64,000 nt of DNA from Octopus sinensis (taxonomy: Eukaryota). Location: positions 6,758,001 to 6,822,000 of the forward strand of contig NC_042997.1 of assembly GCF_006345805.1 (NCBI RefSeq), written 5' to 3'. The position numbers and the translations under genes are program-made. This document shows positions 52,634 through 64,000 of the stretch, one piece after another. Below the pieces are notes generated by a model. That model ran no database searches. It saw nothing but the letters and a program-made list of their open reading frames with translations, and was not told the DNA's origin. Each line of letters starts with the position of its first letter. Position 1 is the stretch's first letter.

Positions 52634-54769
52634 ATGGAACCCTACCCGCTGGATTTTTCTCAGAAAAATATACCTATCCCTGCACGGAAACAATATCTCA
52701 AAGGTCTTATAGAGAAAACGGAAGAGTTTATTAGAAGACTGAGATGGAAAGCCTTCTTCTTTGATAATAAACAGAAATTAGAAGGAAACAAATATGGATT
52801 TAAATCTCCCAGAAACCCGCCACCGATTCCGGAATTAGAAGCCTTCGAGAAAGACCTTTTCGAGCTTATTAGGAAAATTAAATTCCGCAAATATACCAAC
52901 CAATTGGCAGACAAAATGAGAGAAAAAATTAAGGAGATAACGACTGGAATAAGATCTCTCGTTAATCTGACAAGACAAGGAACTTATATGCACTTGATAA
53001 GGACGTTTATAACGCCTGATTTCGAATAGTGTCACGGACACATACAAAAAAGACAACACGAATATATACAAAGAGGTGAACTTAGAAGCAAGAGGAATAG
53101 CTAACGATCTTAAGATTAGCGATAGATTGATTGAACCCTTTCACCACGACCAGCTTTTTTACTCTGAAAGACCATAAAGCCAATTTAGTAGAACCCCAAA
53201 TGTAGATTGATAAATCCGGCTAAAACTGAGATAGGAATTATTAGCAAAATATTTTGGACCGTATTTTAGTTAAGTTAGATAGTGAAGTAGACTTGAGAAT
53301 TTGGAAGAATAGTAAGTCAGTTATAGAGTGTTTAAGGATATTAGCTATAAGAATAATTGTAGTTTCACACAATTCGACCTTATTGACTTTTACCCGTCAA
53401 TATCTAGGACGTTGCTCCTAAGGGCATTGGACTTCGCCAAGCGGATGTCAACATCGGTGGTAGCTCGGAAATTGAAATTATTATGCTGCGAGGAAGGAGG
53501 AAATCGCTTCTTTTTTCGAGGATTCCACCTGGATTAAGAAGACTGAGGATTCTCTTTTCGAGTGTACCGATGGGGGCATACGACGGGGCTGAATTATGTA
53601 TGCTCATAGGAGCCTTTATTCTCCATAATCTAAAAATAGAATTCCCATTTATAGATGCAGGTTTATATAGGGATGACGGCCTTATAGCCACGCATAATCT
53701 AACGGCCATGAATCAGATAGACTTAGGAAGGACCTTATAGCTTTCTTTCAAAGGATGGGCTTACGGGTTACGATAGATGCTAACCTGAATAGTGTACATT
53801 TTTTAGACGTAAATTTTAACGTAAGATCGGATAGATTTAAACCTTTCGTAAGCCAATGAAAAGCTATCGTATATTAGCAAAGATTCGAACCATCCACCAG
53901 TTATCCTTAGGAACTTAGTCAGCAATGTAGGTAGAAGAATATCTTCAATTCTTCGGACGAGGCAGCATTCCATAATGCTGCACCTTATTACGATAGCGCA
54001 TTAAAGAATAGTGGATTCTCTGAGAAGATCCAGTTCAACCAGCTTAATGGTGATAATAATGCTGCACGAAGAACTAGGACCAGGAAAGTTTTGTGGTTCA
54101 ACCCGGCTTTCAATTTGGCCGTAAAGACTAATATAGTTAAGGAATTTTTGAGATTAGTCTCTAAGCATTTTAAGCAGGGTCATAAATTCTATAGAATATG
54201 TAATAGAAGAACCCTGAAGGTTAGCTATTCTTGTTGCAGAAATTTCGCCTCTTACATTAGCCAACATAATAGGAAGCTAATTGAGATTAGACATGGTGCC
54301 GAGCCCATTAAGAAATGTAATTGCAAAAACGAAAGCTCCTGTCCGTTAGAATGGAAATGTTTAGTGAAAGGAGTAGTTTATAGAGCCAAGGTGCAAGTGG
54401 AAGGCTCATCGGAATACAAGACATACACAGGGGCTTCAGAAAATTCATTTAAAACAAGATTTTATTCTCATAAAAATTCATTTAAATACCAGAGAATAGG
54501 AAGAGAAACCAGCCTAGCAAAATATGTCTGGGAACTAAAAGAAAAAGGAAGCCCCACCTTTCAACGTGACATGGAGCATTCTGGACAGGGCGGCACCATA
54601 CAGGCATGGAGCTTACAAAAATAATATCAAGCGCAGACTTTGTCTATTAGAAAAAATGTACATCTTATTCAAAGACGATAATTCTTTGAATCAAAGAAGT
54701 GAGCTAATGAACTTATGTAGGCACGCAGCTAAATTTAAAATGTCGAATATAAATATACCATATGGATAG
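52634..54769 (+). pseudogene. PLE polyprotein (RT + GIY-YIG endonuclease), split by frameshifts into at least 5 ORF pieces
   Basis: N-terminal FSQKNIPIP...FIRRLRWKAFFF; RT motifs FDLIDFYPSI (53373), PMGAYDGAELC (~53568), YRDDG (53666-53680); WFNPAF and SYSCC; CNCKNESSCPLEWKC (54316-54360); VVYRAKV...KTYTGASENSFKTRFYSHKNSF; C-terminal LCLLEK...LNQRSELMNLCRH. Confidence 0.92.
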
Positions 54770-55817
54770 AGTATATATTTTGTATTTTTGATTTTGATTT
54801 TGACTCTTGAACGATGAGCGCTACGATGGATTTTGATTTTGTTTTTGTTTCCAAGCTATGCGGATCTTAATCCGTATAGTAAAATCTTATGTTTCTACAT
54901 ATATATTAGGAAAAAACTACAAACTTTGTTTTCATGTTATTGTATTGCATAGGATTACCTTGATTATTTATAAATGACCCAAAATAGGATGTTATATTTT
55001 ATTTTATTTTATATGTCTTTCGTATATATTTTTATTAATGCACCCATTTTTAAAAGCAATGCTTTTTTAAAAAAAAGCAATGTTGTCAAAATTAGAATAT
55101 TTATATAAGTATGTGTATAGCAAAGCATATGTATTTGTAAGCATGCGTATCTGTGTATGTGTAAGTGAAAGTATGTTTGTGCTTAAGCACACATATACAC
55201 GACTGTATGTATGTGTATCCATTCAAACTTGTGTATGTATACTGGTCTTTATATATGCCAATAATACAGTTACACTGCTTGTATACATAATTTTTTCTTA
55301 TTTCGTTTTTTTTTTCCCCACCCCTCCTTCGTTCCTTTTCTTCTCTCTCCCTTTCTTTCGTTCCCCCTCCTTGGCTCAGTATATGAGAATTGCTATATAG
55401 ATGAATTTTACCTTACGTGCGAGACGGTTTGCGTGAATATATGTACACATGCTTTTATGTGTATATTAGATTTATATTCATACGTCTGTATATGTATGTA
55501 TGGCGTTTACGCGCATCCTTTTGTGTATCTTGATATATATATGTAGATTTTAATATAAATATGTATTGCAGTATTTATAACAGGTTAATTTTTCTATGCA
55601 TTAATTTGCCACTGTCTTCATTAACGTCAATAGGTTTTTTCCTCGGATTTTATAATTTTTATAAGTTTTTTTATATATATACATATATTTTTGACCTTTT
55701 TGTTTATCGCTCGAAGATTGACCGTTTTTTTAAAGGACCAATCAAACAAGTCCATTTGTTTTTAAAGGTGTAGCGTTTGTAAGAGTATAGATTGAATTGA
55801 TATATCAGTTCCATTCT

Positions 55818-55871
55818 AGCAAAAACTGTCTGATGAACGGCAACGAGAAACTCAGTGTAACAGATTTTGTT
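55818..55871 (+). ncRNA. Minimal type I hammerhead ribozyme motif in the 3' pseudo-LTR
   Basis: Stem I agcaaaa-a-ctgt / acag-a-ttttgtt; CTGATGA 55830-55836; stem II cg-gcaa-cg; GAAA 55847-55850; cleavage triplet GTA 55857-55859. Stem III has one mismatch and the base of stem II is A-A, so activity is uncertain. Confidence 0.6.
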
Positions 55872-55935
55872 GAATTTTTGCTGCTTAAAAAAGAATATAT
55901 AATATATATATATATTTATTATATATATATTATAT

Positions 55936-55981
<46 letters not shown>

Positions 55982-56010
55982 GATATATATATATATATGT
56001 GAACATAATA

Positions 56011-56041
<31 letters not shown>

Positions 56042-56080
56042 ATATATTTACTTATATACAGAGAGAGAGAGAGAGAGAGA

Positions 56081-56131
<51 letters not shown>

Positions 56132-56160
56132 TTGTATGTATGTGTGTGTGTGTGTGTGTG

Positions 56161-56360
56161 CCATCACCGCTTGACAAGCGATGTTGGTGTCATTCGTTCA
56201 CGTAACTTAGCTGTTCAGCCGAAGCGTCCGATAGAATAAGCACCAGACTTTAAAAAAACGAAAGATCTTGGATCATTTCTTTACACTAAAAAGATTCTAG
56301 GTGATCCAATCAGCATGGCTGCAGACTGATTATTGAAACAGCCAGAAGATAAAAGATAAA
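56161..56360 (+). mobile_element. SINE family A-related 3' half
   Basis: ccgcttgacaagcgatgttggtgt..cgtaacttagc..ccgatagaataag..cagcatggctgcag..gataaaagataaa. Confidence 0.65.
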
Positions 56361-56629
56361 TGTATGATGCTGATCTGTATGAGCGTGTGAGTCGCGTAAA
56401 TGCTTGTTTCAGCATGTTCATGTGTATAAATAAATTTGTCGATAATATCTGGTGGTACTTTTAGCTACGTTTAGTTGCTTTAGTTGCTTGTATACCTACA
56501 TCAGTATTTCCCATATCTCTTTATATCGATCGATATGTATAGTATTGATTGCTACTTTCCACCCATTCATCTATTAAGTATGTATTAATCAAGTTATACT
56601 ATTATATTTCACACACCGCCCTCACATTT

Positions 56630-56633
56630 CCTA

Positions 56634-56728
<95 letters not shown>

Positions 56729-56757
56729 ATGTCTATATATCTATCTATCTATCTATA

Positions 56758-56809
<52 letters not shown>

Positions 56810-56865
56810 AATTTATCTATCTTTCTATTAATCTATCTATCTAATTATGTATCTATTTATCTATA

Positions 56866-56950
<85 letters not shown>
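56630..56950. repeat. (ATCT)n then (AT)n microsatellite
   Basis: Read directly. Confidence 0.95.
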
Positions 56951-56953
<3 letters not shown>

Positions 56954-57435
56954 CCGGTGTATTTTAACGAGTATAGGAACATATTTTATTCAACAATTAG
57001 GTAAGAAATATATAGGTGTTTCTTCTGCATGGATAGTTTTATAATCACTTACAAAGCCCTATATCCAAATTTTAAGCTCCAAAAATTATGATGTTCCTTT
57101 TACACGTAAATTACGGTACATAAATATATACACATACAGCAACATAAGTGTGTTTCTGTGTGTGTGTGTTTTCGAGAGTTGCCCGTCTTTGCATGTGCTT
57201 CTGTGTATATGCTATATGTCTACCTAGAAGCATAATAACTGTAAACAAAATCATATGTTAATGTTTTTTAAATCAATAATTTCATCATATCTACCATTTC
57301 CACTATTTATTCTTTCAGATTCTAATTTCAACTTCTCTAACTTTTTCGTTGACTACACACTTTGTAACTTTCCTATACTTGTCTCTATGTAGATACCTCT
57401 GCGTGCGTGCTAGAGTGTGTGTGTGTGCTTGTGTG

Positions 57436-57775
57436 GTCTGCCGTAAGGCATTATTTTCCAAATACGCCAGCTAAGCTAAGTTGAACTGTCTAAAGTCGTA
57501 AGACACCCGCTGTTTTTGTCCTGTTATTACTATTATTGTTTTTTGTATTTATATTCGTGTGGCATCATTCGTTTTTTCTGTCCTTGTTTCGTATACATTC
57601 GATCCTTTTTCCAAGAAATCTAATGTTCGTAGCTTAGTTTTTCCTAGGGGCTGGCCGGATCGGAGCGATCTCAAGATTAATCAGCCGAAATTGCGAGGAT
57701 GATCCCCTTCTTGACTGAAGATTACAGGCTTTTTTTTTGTCGTCTATTTGATGTTTTGCGTTCTTGTCCCATTTT
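57436..57775 (+). mobile_element. Unclassified interspersed repeat (family F)
   Basis: tctgccgtaagg..aatacgccagctaag..ttgaactgtctaaagtcg..cgtagcttagtttttcc..gccgaaattgcgaggatgatcc matches the reverse complement of 17165-17530. Confidence 0.7.
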
Positions 57776-57819
57776 GTATTTTTATATATATATTTTATAC
57801 ATACACATATATATGTCCT

Positions 57820-58147
57820 GGCATTCCGTCGGTTAACACGACGAAGGTTCCAGGTGATCCGATCAACGGAAAAGCCTGCTCGTGAAATTTACGTGCACAT
57901 AGCTGAACACTCCACAGACACATGTGCCGTTAACGTAGTCCTTTGGGAAGATTCAGCGTGTGTGACAAAGCTGGCCCTTTGAAATATAGGTACAACGGAA
58001 ACAGAAAGAAAGTGTGAGGGTAAGCAGGGCAAAGCAGGGTTCGCTACCAACACTTCCGGTGTCTCGTGGACCTTCAGGTGTTTTCACTCAATAAACACTT
58101 ACAGCGCCCGTTCTGGAAGTCGAAACCAGTGAGCCATTGCGCCTCCA
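57820..58147 (-). mobile_element. SINE family C, diverged
   Basis: ggcattccgtcggtt..gcctgctcgtgaaat..gctggcccttgaaat..gtgttttcactcaataaacac..ccattgcgcctc is collinear with the reverse complement of 29702-30081. Confidence 0.8.
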
Positions 58148-58162
58148 CACACACGCGCACAC

Positions 58163-58202
<40 letters not shown>

Positions 58203-58544
58203 ACACCCACACACACACACACACACACACATATGGTATATATATATGTATATACAGGTGTGAATATGTATGTATTATATATGTATGCATGTATGTTTGT
58301 ATGAATGTAGCAGATGCTTGACTATATGATAAAAAGCTTCATTTCTAAGCATATGTTCCTGCTTGCCTCTCAATCTTTGCTACATCAGCCGACCTACCCT
58401 TGTCAGTCGAGTTCATAGACGGAAATGGAAAGAAACCCGCCGAATAGATATATGTATATATATATAAATGTGTGTGTGTGTGTGTGTGTATACACACATA
58501 CACACATAAATATATGTATGTGTGTGTATATATACATATATATA

Positions 58545-58629
<85 letters not shown>

Positions 58630-61578
58630 CAGTGTGTGTGTGCAGTGTGAGTTTCCGTGTGTATGTGCTTATACATGTTTGTATGTACAAAATATAATTA
58701 CCCGACATTATACAGTAACGATCAATCGTGTGATTTGGAATAAATATATGTCTGTAGTAATTCTTGTTTTCTTGTGTAATTATTAAATAACAATACCGTT
58801 GAACATTAAAGGATGGCGCAATACTTTGATTTAAAGCCCGTTTTGTGTCGTCATTAGACAATTTTAATGATGGCTAGTCATCAAGCCGGTGGTTTGAGAT
58901 CAAAGTGCAACAGTTTTTTGAGGAAATGAATATAGGGCTGTACATACACGTGTGTGTGTGCGTGCGTGTGCTTGTATGCGTGCATACTTTTATATATACA
59001 TATGTATATATGTTTGTATGTGTGTATATATGTATGTATGGAGCACCCATATATTTATATGTATTTTTTATCTATGTATCTATCTATCTCTTTATTTGTC
59101 TTTATATACAAATACACACGCACACATATAAACCGATTGATAATAGACAGATAAAGAGACGGATAAAATGGAATACACATATATACATTGAATCATACAT
59201 ACATACATACATATATACATACATAAGAATTTCAGTTCATGTATACACACACAGACACACCACACACACACACACTCACACATTAGACGTGCGTATTTTC
59301 GTATGTATGCATATGTACGTATATTTTTATTTACGTAAGCGTGTATACATGTGTTCGGGTCAAAATGCAAAATTGTACCTATCTGTATGCATAGACGTGT
59401 ACATAAATACGTGTCGAATAGTTTATGCATCACTGTTTGCTTCTTTGTATATTTCATTTTACTTGTCACTATTTTGGTCACTCATGCTGATTTTAGTCCC
59501 AATTTTAATACTTTTTGCCTCGTGCTATATTTAGTTTTGAATGCTTCATCAAATATTACATTAATTACTCTTACAGTTTTGTTCTATCATTCGTGATAAA
59601 GAATCCTTTTCTAGTAGCCTGAGCTACTAGTCAGTAAGGACACTTTCATTAGTATTAGATGTTACTCGCAGAAATGTACATATTGGACTGCCTATATTAA
59701 AATTCAATTAGAATCCCATGGGAGCTGATTTCTATTGAGGATGAAAATATATGTCAAATGCTTTCTTCGAAATGCCATGCCCTCCTGACGTCGTTATACA
59801 TTAATATTACATTTGTGGACAGGGTATTATTGTATGAATGTATAACAGAGTCTGTGGAATGTCTAAGAAATTACTATGCAAATTTTAACGAGATTCTACA
59901 TTATTATGAGATCTTCGAGATCGCTTTGCTTTCAGTGTTTCAAGAAGGAATGAAATATACATTAGCAGTGTAGAGTATTCCATCTAAATTGAATACATCT
60001 TTCGGAAAAGATTTGTGGAACTTCTGTTGATTTTAATGCAACTTTTACGACATTTTCCCGTGCCTAAACAACTATTTACACTAGGTTAAACTACGTTGAA
60101 AGCGCGATTTCCATTGATATTGTAGTTTCTTTTGATCCGATTGTTCTTCTCTATTCAGCTAAGATCGATTAAATAAAAAAAATAATTAGAATATAATGAA
60201 CAAATAAAAAACATTTCTTTGTATGCAAAATGACCTGCTTCTTGAAGAAATCTATATGTTGGAAAATAATATGCCTTAACAGAAAACGTAAATAGCTGAA
60301 ATTATTATCATTTTATTTCTTAATTCGAAGTACAAATGTAAAAAAAAAATAAAATGAAATACTCATTCTACGATATGTACATAAGCACGTGAATTATTTG
60401 TATCTCTCAAGTAGTGTTGATTTCTTTCAAACCTGCCACGAAGGTAATATGTACTTTTTAACCCCACGACTTGGAAGCTGGAGGTTACAAGGCTATGGAA
60501 GTAATTACTGCATGTAGAAACGTTTGCGATATGACACTAAAAACCAACGTGCAGGGCAAATAACATGAAAGTATGACCTTTAGTTGACGGTCCATCAACC
60601 ATGTGCAGCAAAGACATAGTCAGTAGACAGAAATATAGACACAAATAAGATAAACAATTACCAGTAGTTCACCTTCATTAATTGACCGCGGGAATATTCA
60701 CTGCCATCAATTCGCCGCATAGAAAATCCATCGCCAGGAAAATTTACGGAAAGAATATATCCGTAGTATTTCATTGAAACAACAAAAAAAGGATATCGGT
60801 GAACTTACTGGGCATGGGGAAAGACAAAAGCACACTTATACCAACTCAGTTGCATTGACTTAATTTTGGGCATTTTTGTGAGAACGAGGTTGAATAACAT
60901 GTGCGTTTGTCATTCTGACTTGTCTCTACACTTTTGACTACGAAGAAGATTTTAGCAGATGGTTGACATATGCCACGACTACAGATCACATTATCTTTTT
61001 TAGTGGTGGCTGGTGTATTCTACACATCTAAGAAAATGAAATACAATCATTTCCGTAGTTTCAGTGTACGGAATTTATAATATATTCGGGAACAGTTCTG
61101 TTATATTTCTTCCTTCAACTTGACTGGTTGTTTTTCCAATGTGTTGTGGTAATCTTTATCTTCCTTGATAACTAATTACTGAGTCTCTTTCTAAGCATTC
61201 AGTGGGTCCTATAATTGCAATCTGTGCTGCGGCACACATTTGTAACAATGTAATAGTGTCACTTCTGTAGTTAAGGGAAGAGAATGTGTAGTGTACACTA
61301 GAGCAGTCTTGATAACTAGCAACATGCGTATATAAGTGACCGCTTGAGATGTCGCTTGGTTGAGGTCATTTTATTCTTCGTTATAGCAATGGACATACAT
61401 GACAACACATTTTTCTTTGATTTTAAACATACTATCTCGCTTTCTTCTATTTAGTATTTAGCAGTTGCTATATCATCGGTACATGTGATGTAAATCCTAT
61501 CACGAACACGCGCATGCGTATATCTGATAATTCATGCGTAAAATATATGTCCATATATGAACGTATGTGTAAATATGC

Positions 61579-61628
<50 letters not shown>

Positions 61629-61896
61629 ATATCTATATATATATATATATATAATATATATATAATATATATATGTATATATATATATATATATAATATA
61701 TATATACATATATATATATATAATATATACACATATATATGTATACATATATATACATACGTATATACACACATATATATATATGTATGTGTGTGTGTGT
61801 AAATATGTATATATTTACGTACATATGTAGTATTACATACACATATACATGTCTGAACATACAAACAGATATATAATTTCATATAATTCTACTATA

Positions 61897-62292
61897 GGCG
61901 CAGAAGTGGCTGTGTGGTAAGTAGCTTGCTAACCAACCACATGGTTCCGGGTTCAGTCCCACTGCGTGGCATCTTGGGCAAGTGTCTTCTGCTATAGCCC
62001 CGGGTCGACCAATGCCTTGTGAGTGGATTCGGTAGACGGAAACTGAATGAAGCCTGTCGTATATATGTATATTTATATGTGTGTATGTTTGTGTTTGTGT
62101 GTCTCTGTTTGTCCCCCTAGCATTGCTTCACAACAGATGCTGGTGTGTTTACGTCCCCGTAACTTAGCGGTTCGGCAAAAGAGACCGATAGAATAAGTAC
62201 TGGGCTTACATAGAATAAGTCCCGGGGTCGATTTGCCCGACTAAAGGCAGTGCTCCAGCATGGCCGCAGTCAAATGACTGAAACAACTAAAG
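61897..62292 (+). mobile_element. tRNA-derived SINE, family A, full length
   Basis: A-box TGGCTGTGTGG (61907-61917), B-box GGTTCAGTCCC (61950-61960), cttgggcaagtgtcttc body, internal (TA)/(TG) tract, tail ggcagtgctccagcatggccgcagtcaaatgactgaaacaa. Homologous to many other copies in the window. Confidence 0.9.
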
Positions 62293-62380
62293 GTGTGAGA
62301 GAGAGCATATAATTCCCTAAATTCATACACATTTTTATAAATAATCTAAATAATGTATATATATTTCTCTCTCTCTCTCG

Positions 62381-62491
<111 letters not shown>

Positions 62492-64000
62492 CATATGAGT
62501 ATTAATGTGTGAAGTTATATGAGCTTATATACGTTTACATGTTCATGCTCATTTTTATGTGTGTGATTAAGAAACAAGCTTCTCTAACACAAGGCCATGG
62601 ATCCGATCCCAGGACGTAATCGGGACCAGTTGCCTTCTACCATACGTTCAAGTCGACTCATGTCATGAGATTTAGATTACTTATTAGTGTGTGCTTGTGT
62701 AGGTCTGTGTGTGCGTGTGTTTGTTTGGATGTGTGTGTGTGATCTGTCGGATGGACTGTAATTGCACTTCAATATAGGCAAGTTTATCACAAAATGTGTG
62801 GTTCTGATTCTTCCTGAGGATTACATTGAGTACATGTTACTGAAATACTGAATCACACGCTACTTCAGTGACTAGATGTTCAGTTGATTTGACAAGAGGC
62901 TTGCACATAGTCGAAACTGATGACGCAGCCATTAACTTGCTTATTCAATTATGCATGCGTGTACATGCGTGTGTATCAGTGTACACCTGCGTTTACATGC
63001 AGAACTAATTAGCACCAAGTGTAAGATTTAATGGGGCTAATGAGCTGAGACCGCACATTATTTTCGATCATTAGTAGGTAAAGTAATATAATTTCGTTTA
63101 GATCACTAGTGCCATTGATAAATACATGGAGGTAACACAAATTGTATTACATTCCCTTTAAATGACAGTTTGTTTTTTTTATTGGATAACATCGTTTTAC
63201 TGGTGATTTTCTTTGCTAGAACTCACTTCCATTATTTGTAAAAGCACAAACAGGAAAAATTTTATATACGTCGTATCTCATGATTTACTCGTTTGTAAAC
63301 TTATAAACTACACTGCATATACTTAACACTCCTTTCTGTTTCTTAATCTATTCCATTTGATCTTCATGCTCTGTGGACCACGACATTTCTACTTAAATGA
63401 ACCATACTGCTTGAAACACCCACCCTAATTTTTTTTTTTTTTTTTTTTTGCTGTTCCAGGATTTGAATTTAATAAAGTAGTCGAAAGTCGTTAGCTATTT
63501 TGACTTAAGTTAGGAGATTAGCCGTATTTTCATATGTGGAATACTTAGCCTTTCAAATGAGCATTTAATTGCCTAGGATATTAGAATCACATGGGTTTAG
63601 ATTGCGGAATTTATATATATTTTGTGTAATTTGGCGAAAACTGCTGAAACCCGCTGTTCATCCATATCAATATACTCCCAAATTGGCTATTCTCTTTTTC
63701 GAATAGTGGTATATTTTACACTACTGTATCAATGACGCATGTAACAGCAACATATATGTGTGTGTTCGCATGTATGGACACACACACATGCGTACATTTT
63801 ACATACTAATTAACATGACCCGTTCAGAGACTTGATAACGGAACCCATCAAATGTCAATGTTAACATTGAACAAGAACATTCGAAAGATGAGTTTAACAG
63901 CCCATAATATTACCATTTTAAAACCATTTTGTCGATGGCTATTCCTAGATATATGAAGATCTAATCCTTCATATATTTACTGCTTATTCCGCTTGATTTG

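Larger units (their letters stand above)
52315..55896 (+). mobile_element. Penelope-like retroelement (PLE), near full length, Naiad-like features
   Basis: Inverted 5' terminal repeat 52315-52567, frameshifted RT plus GIY-YIG ORF 52634-54769, and a 3' copy of the same terminal sequence (atcagttccattctagc...ctgatga...gaaactcag...tgctgcttaaaa) at ~55804-55890. Both flanks are (AT)n. Confidence 0.92.

Noticed and set aside
54316-54730. Selenocysteine recoding in the PLE, as reported for some Naiads
   Set aside because: Cys positions are TGT/TGC and one expected Cys reads CGC; there is no in-frame TGA at these sites.
61897-61970. tRNA genes at SINE heads (also 16720-16797 and 29710-29770)
   Set aside because: A and B boxes are present, but I see no complete cloverleaf and the sequence runs on into SINE bodies.

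Overview
AT-rich animal genomic DNA dense in microsatellites and transposon relics. The SINE families resemble ones I recall from octopus (cephalopod) genomes; this is an inference and I ran no search. Nearly all supplied ORFs are microsatellite noise. Best-supported content: (1) a near full-length Penelope-like retroelement at 52315-55896 with RT, Cys motif and GIY-YIG remnants, an inverted 5' pseudo-LTR and two hammerhead-ribozyme motifs, set in (AT)n; (2) several short fold-back or hammerhead-bearing relics, probably Penelope-derived; (3) a 1.76-kb non-autonomous Helitron; (4) a Tc1 fragment with one TIR, a Tc1-type MITE and an RTE 3' end; (5) about 20 copies of four tRNA-derived SINE families that share modules; (6) local rearrangements: an inverted duplication across (AT)n, a 633-bp tandem duplication and a 2-kb duplication across a 100-N gap. 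No host gene can be firmly called. One well-bounded + strand exon candidate encodes a SAM-methyltransferase motif I, and other + strand exon candidates chain in phase. I found no clearly new biological system; the Penelope/hammerhead/(AT)n pattern is the best lead.
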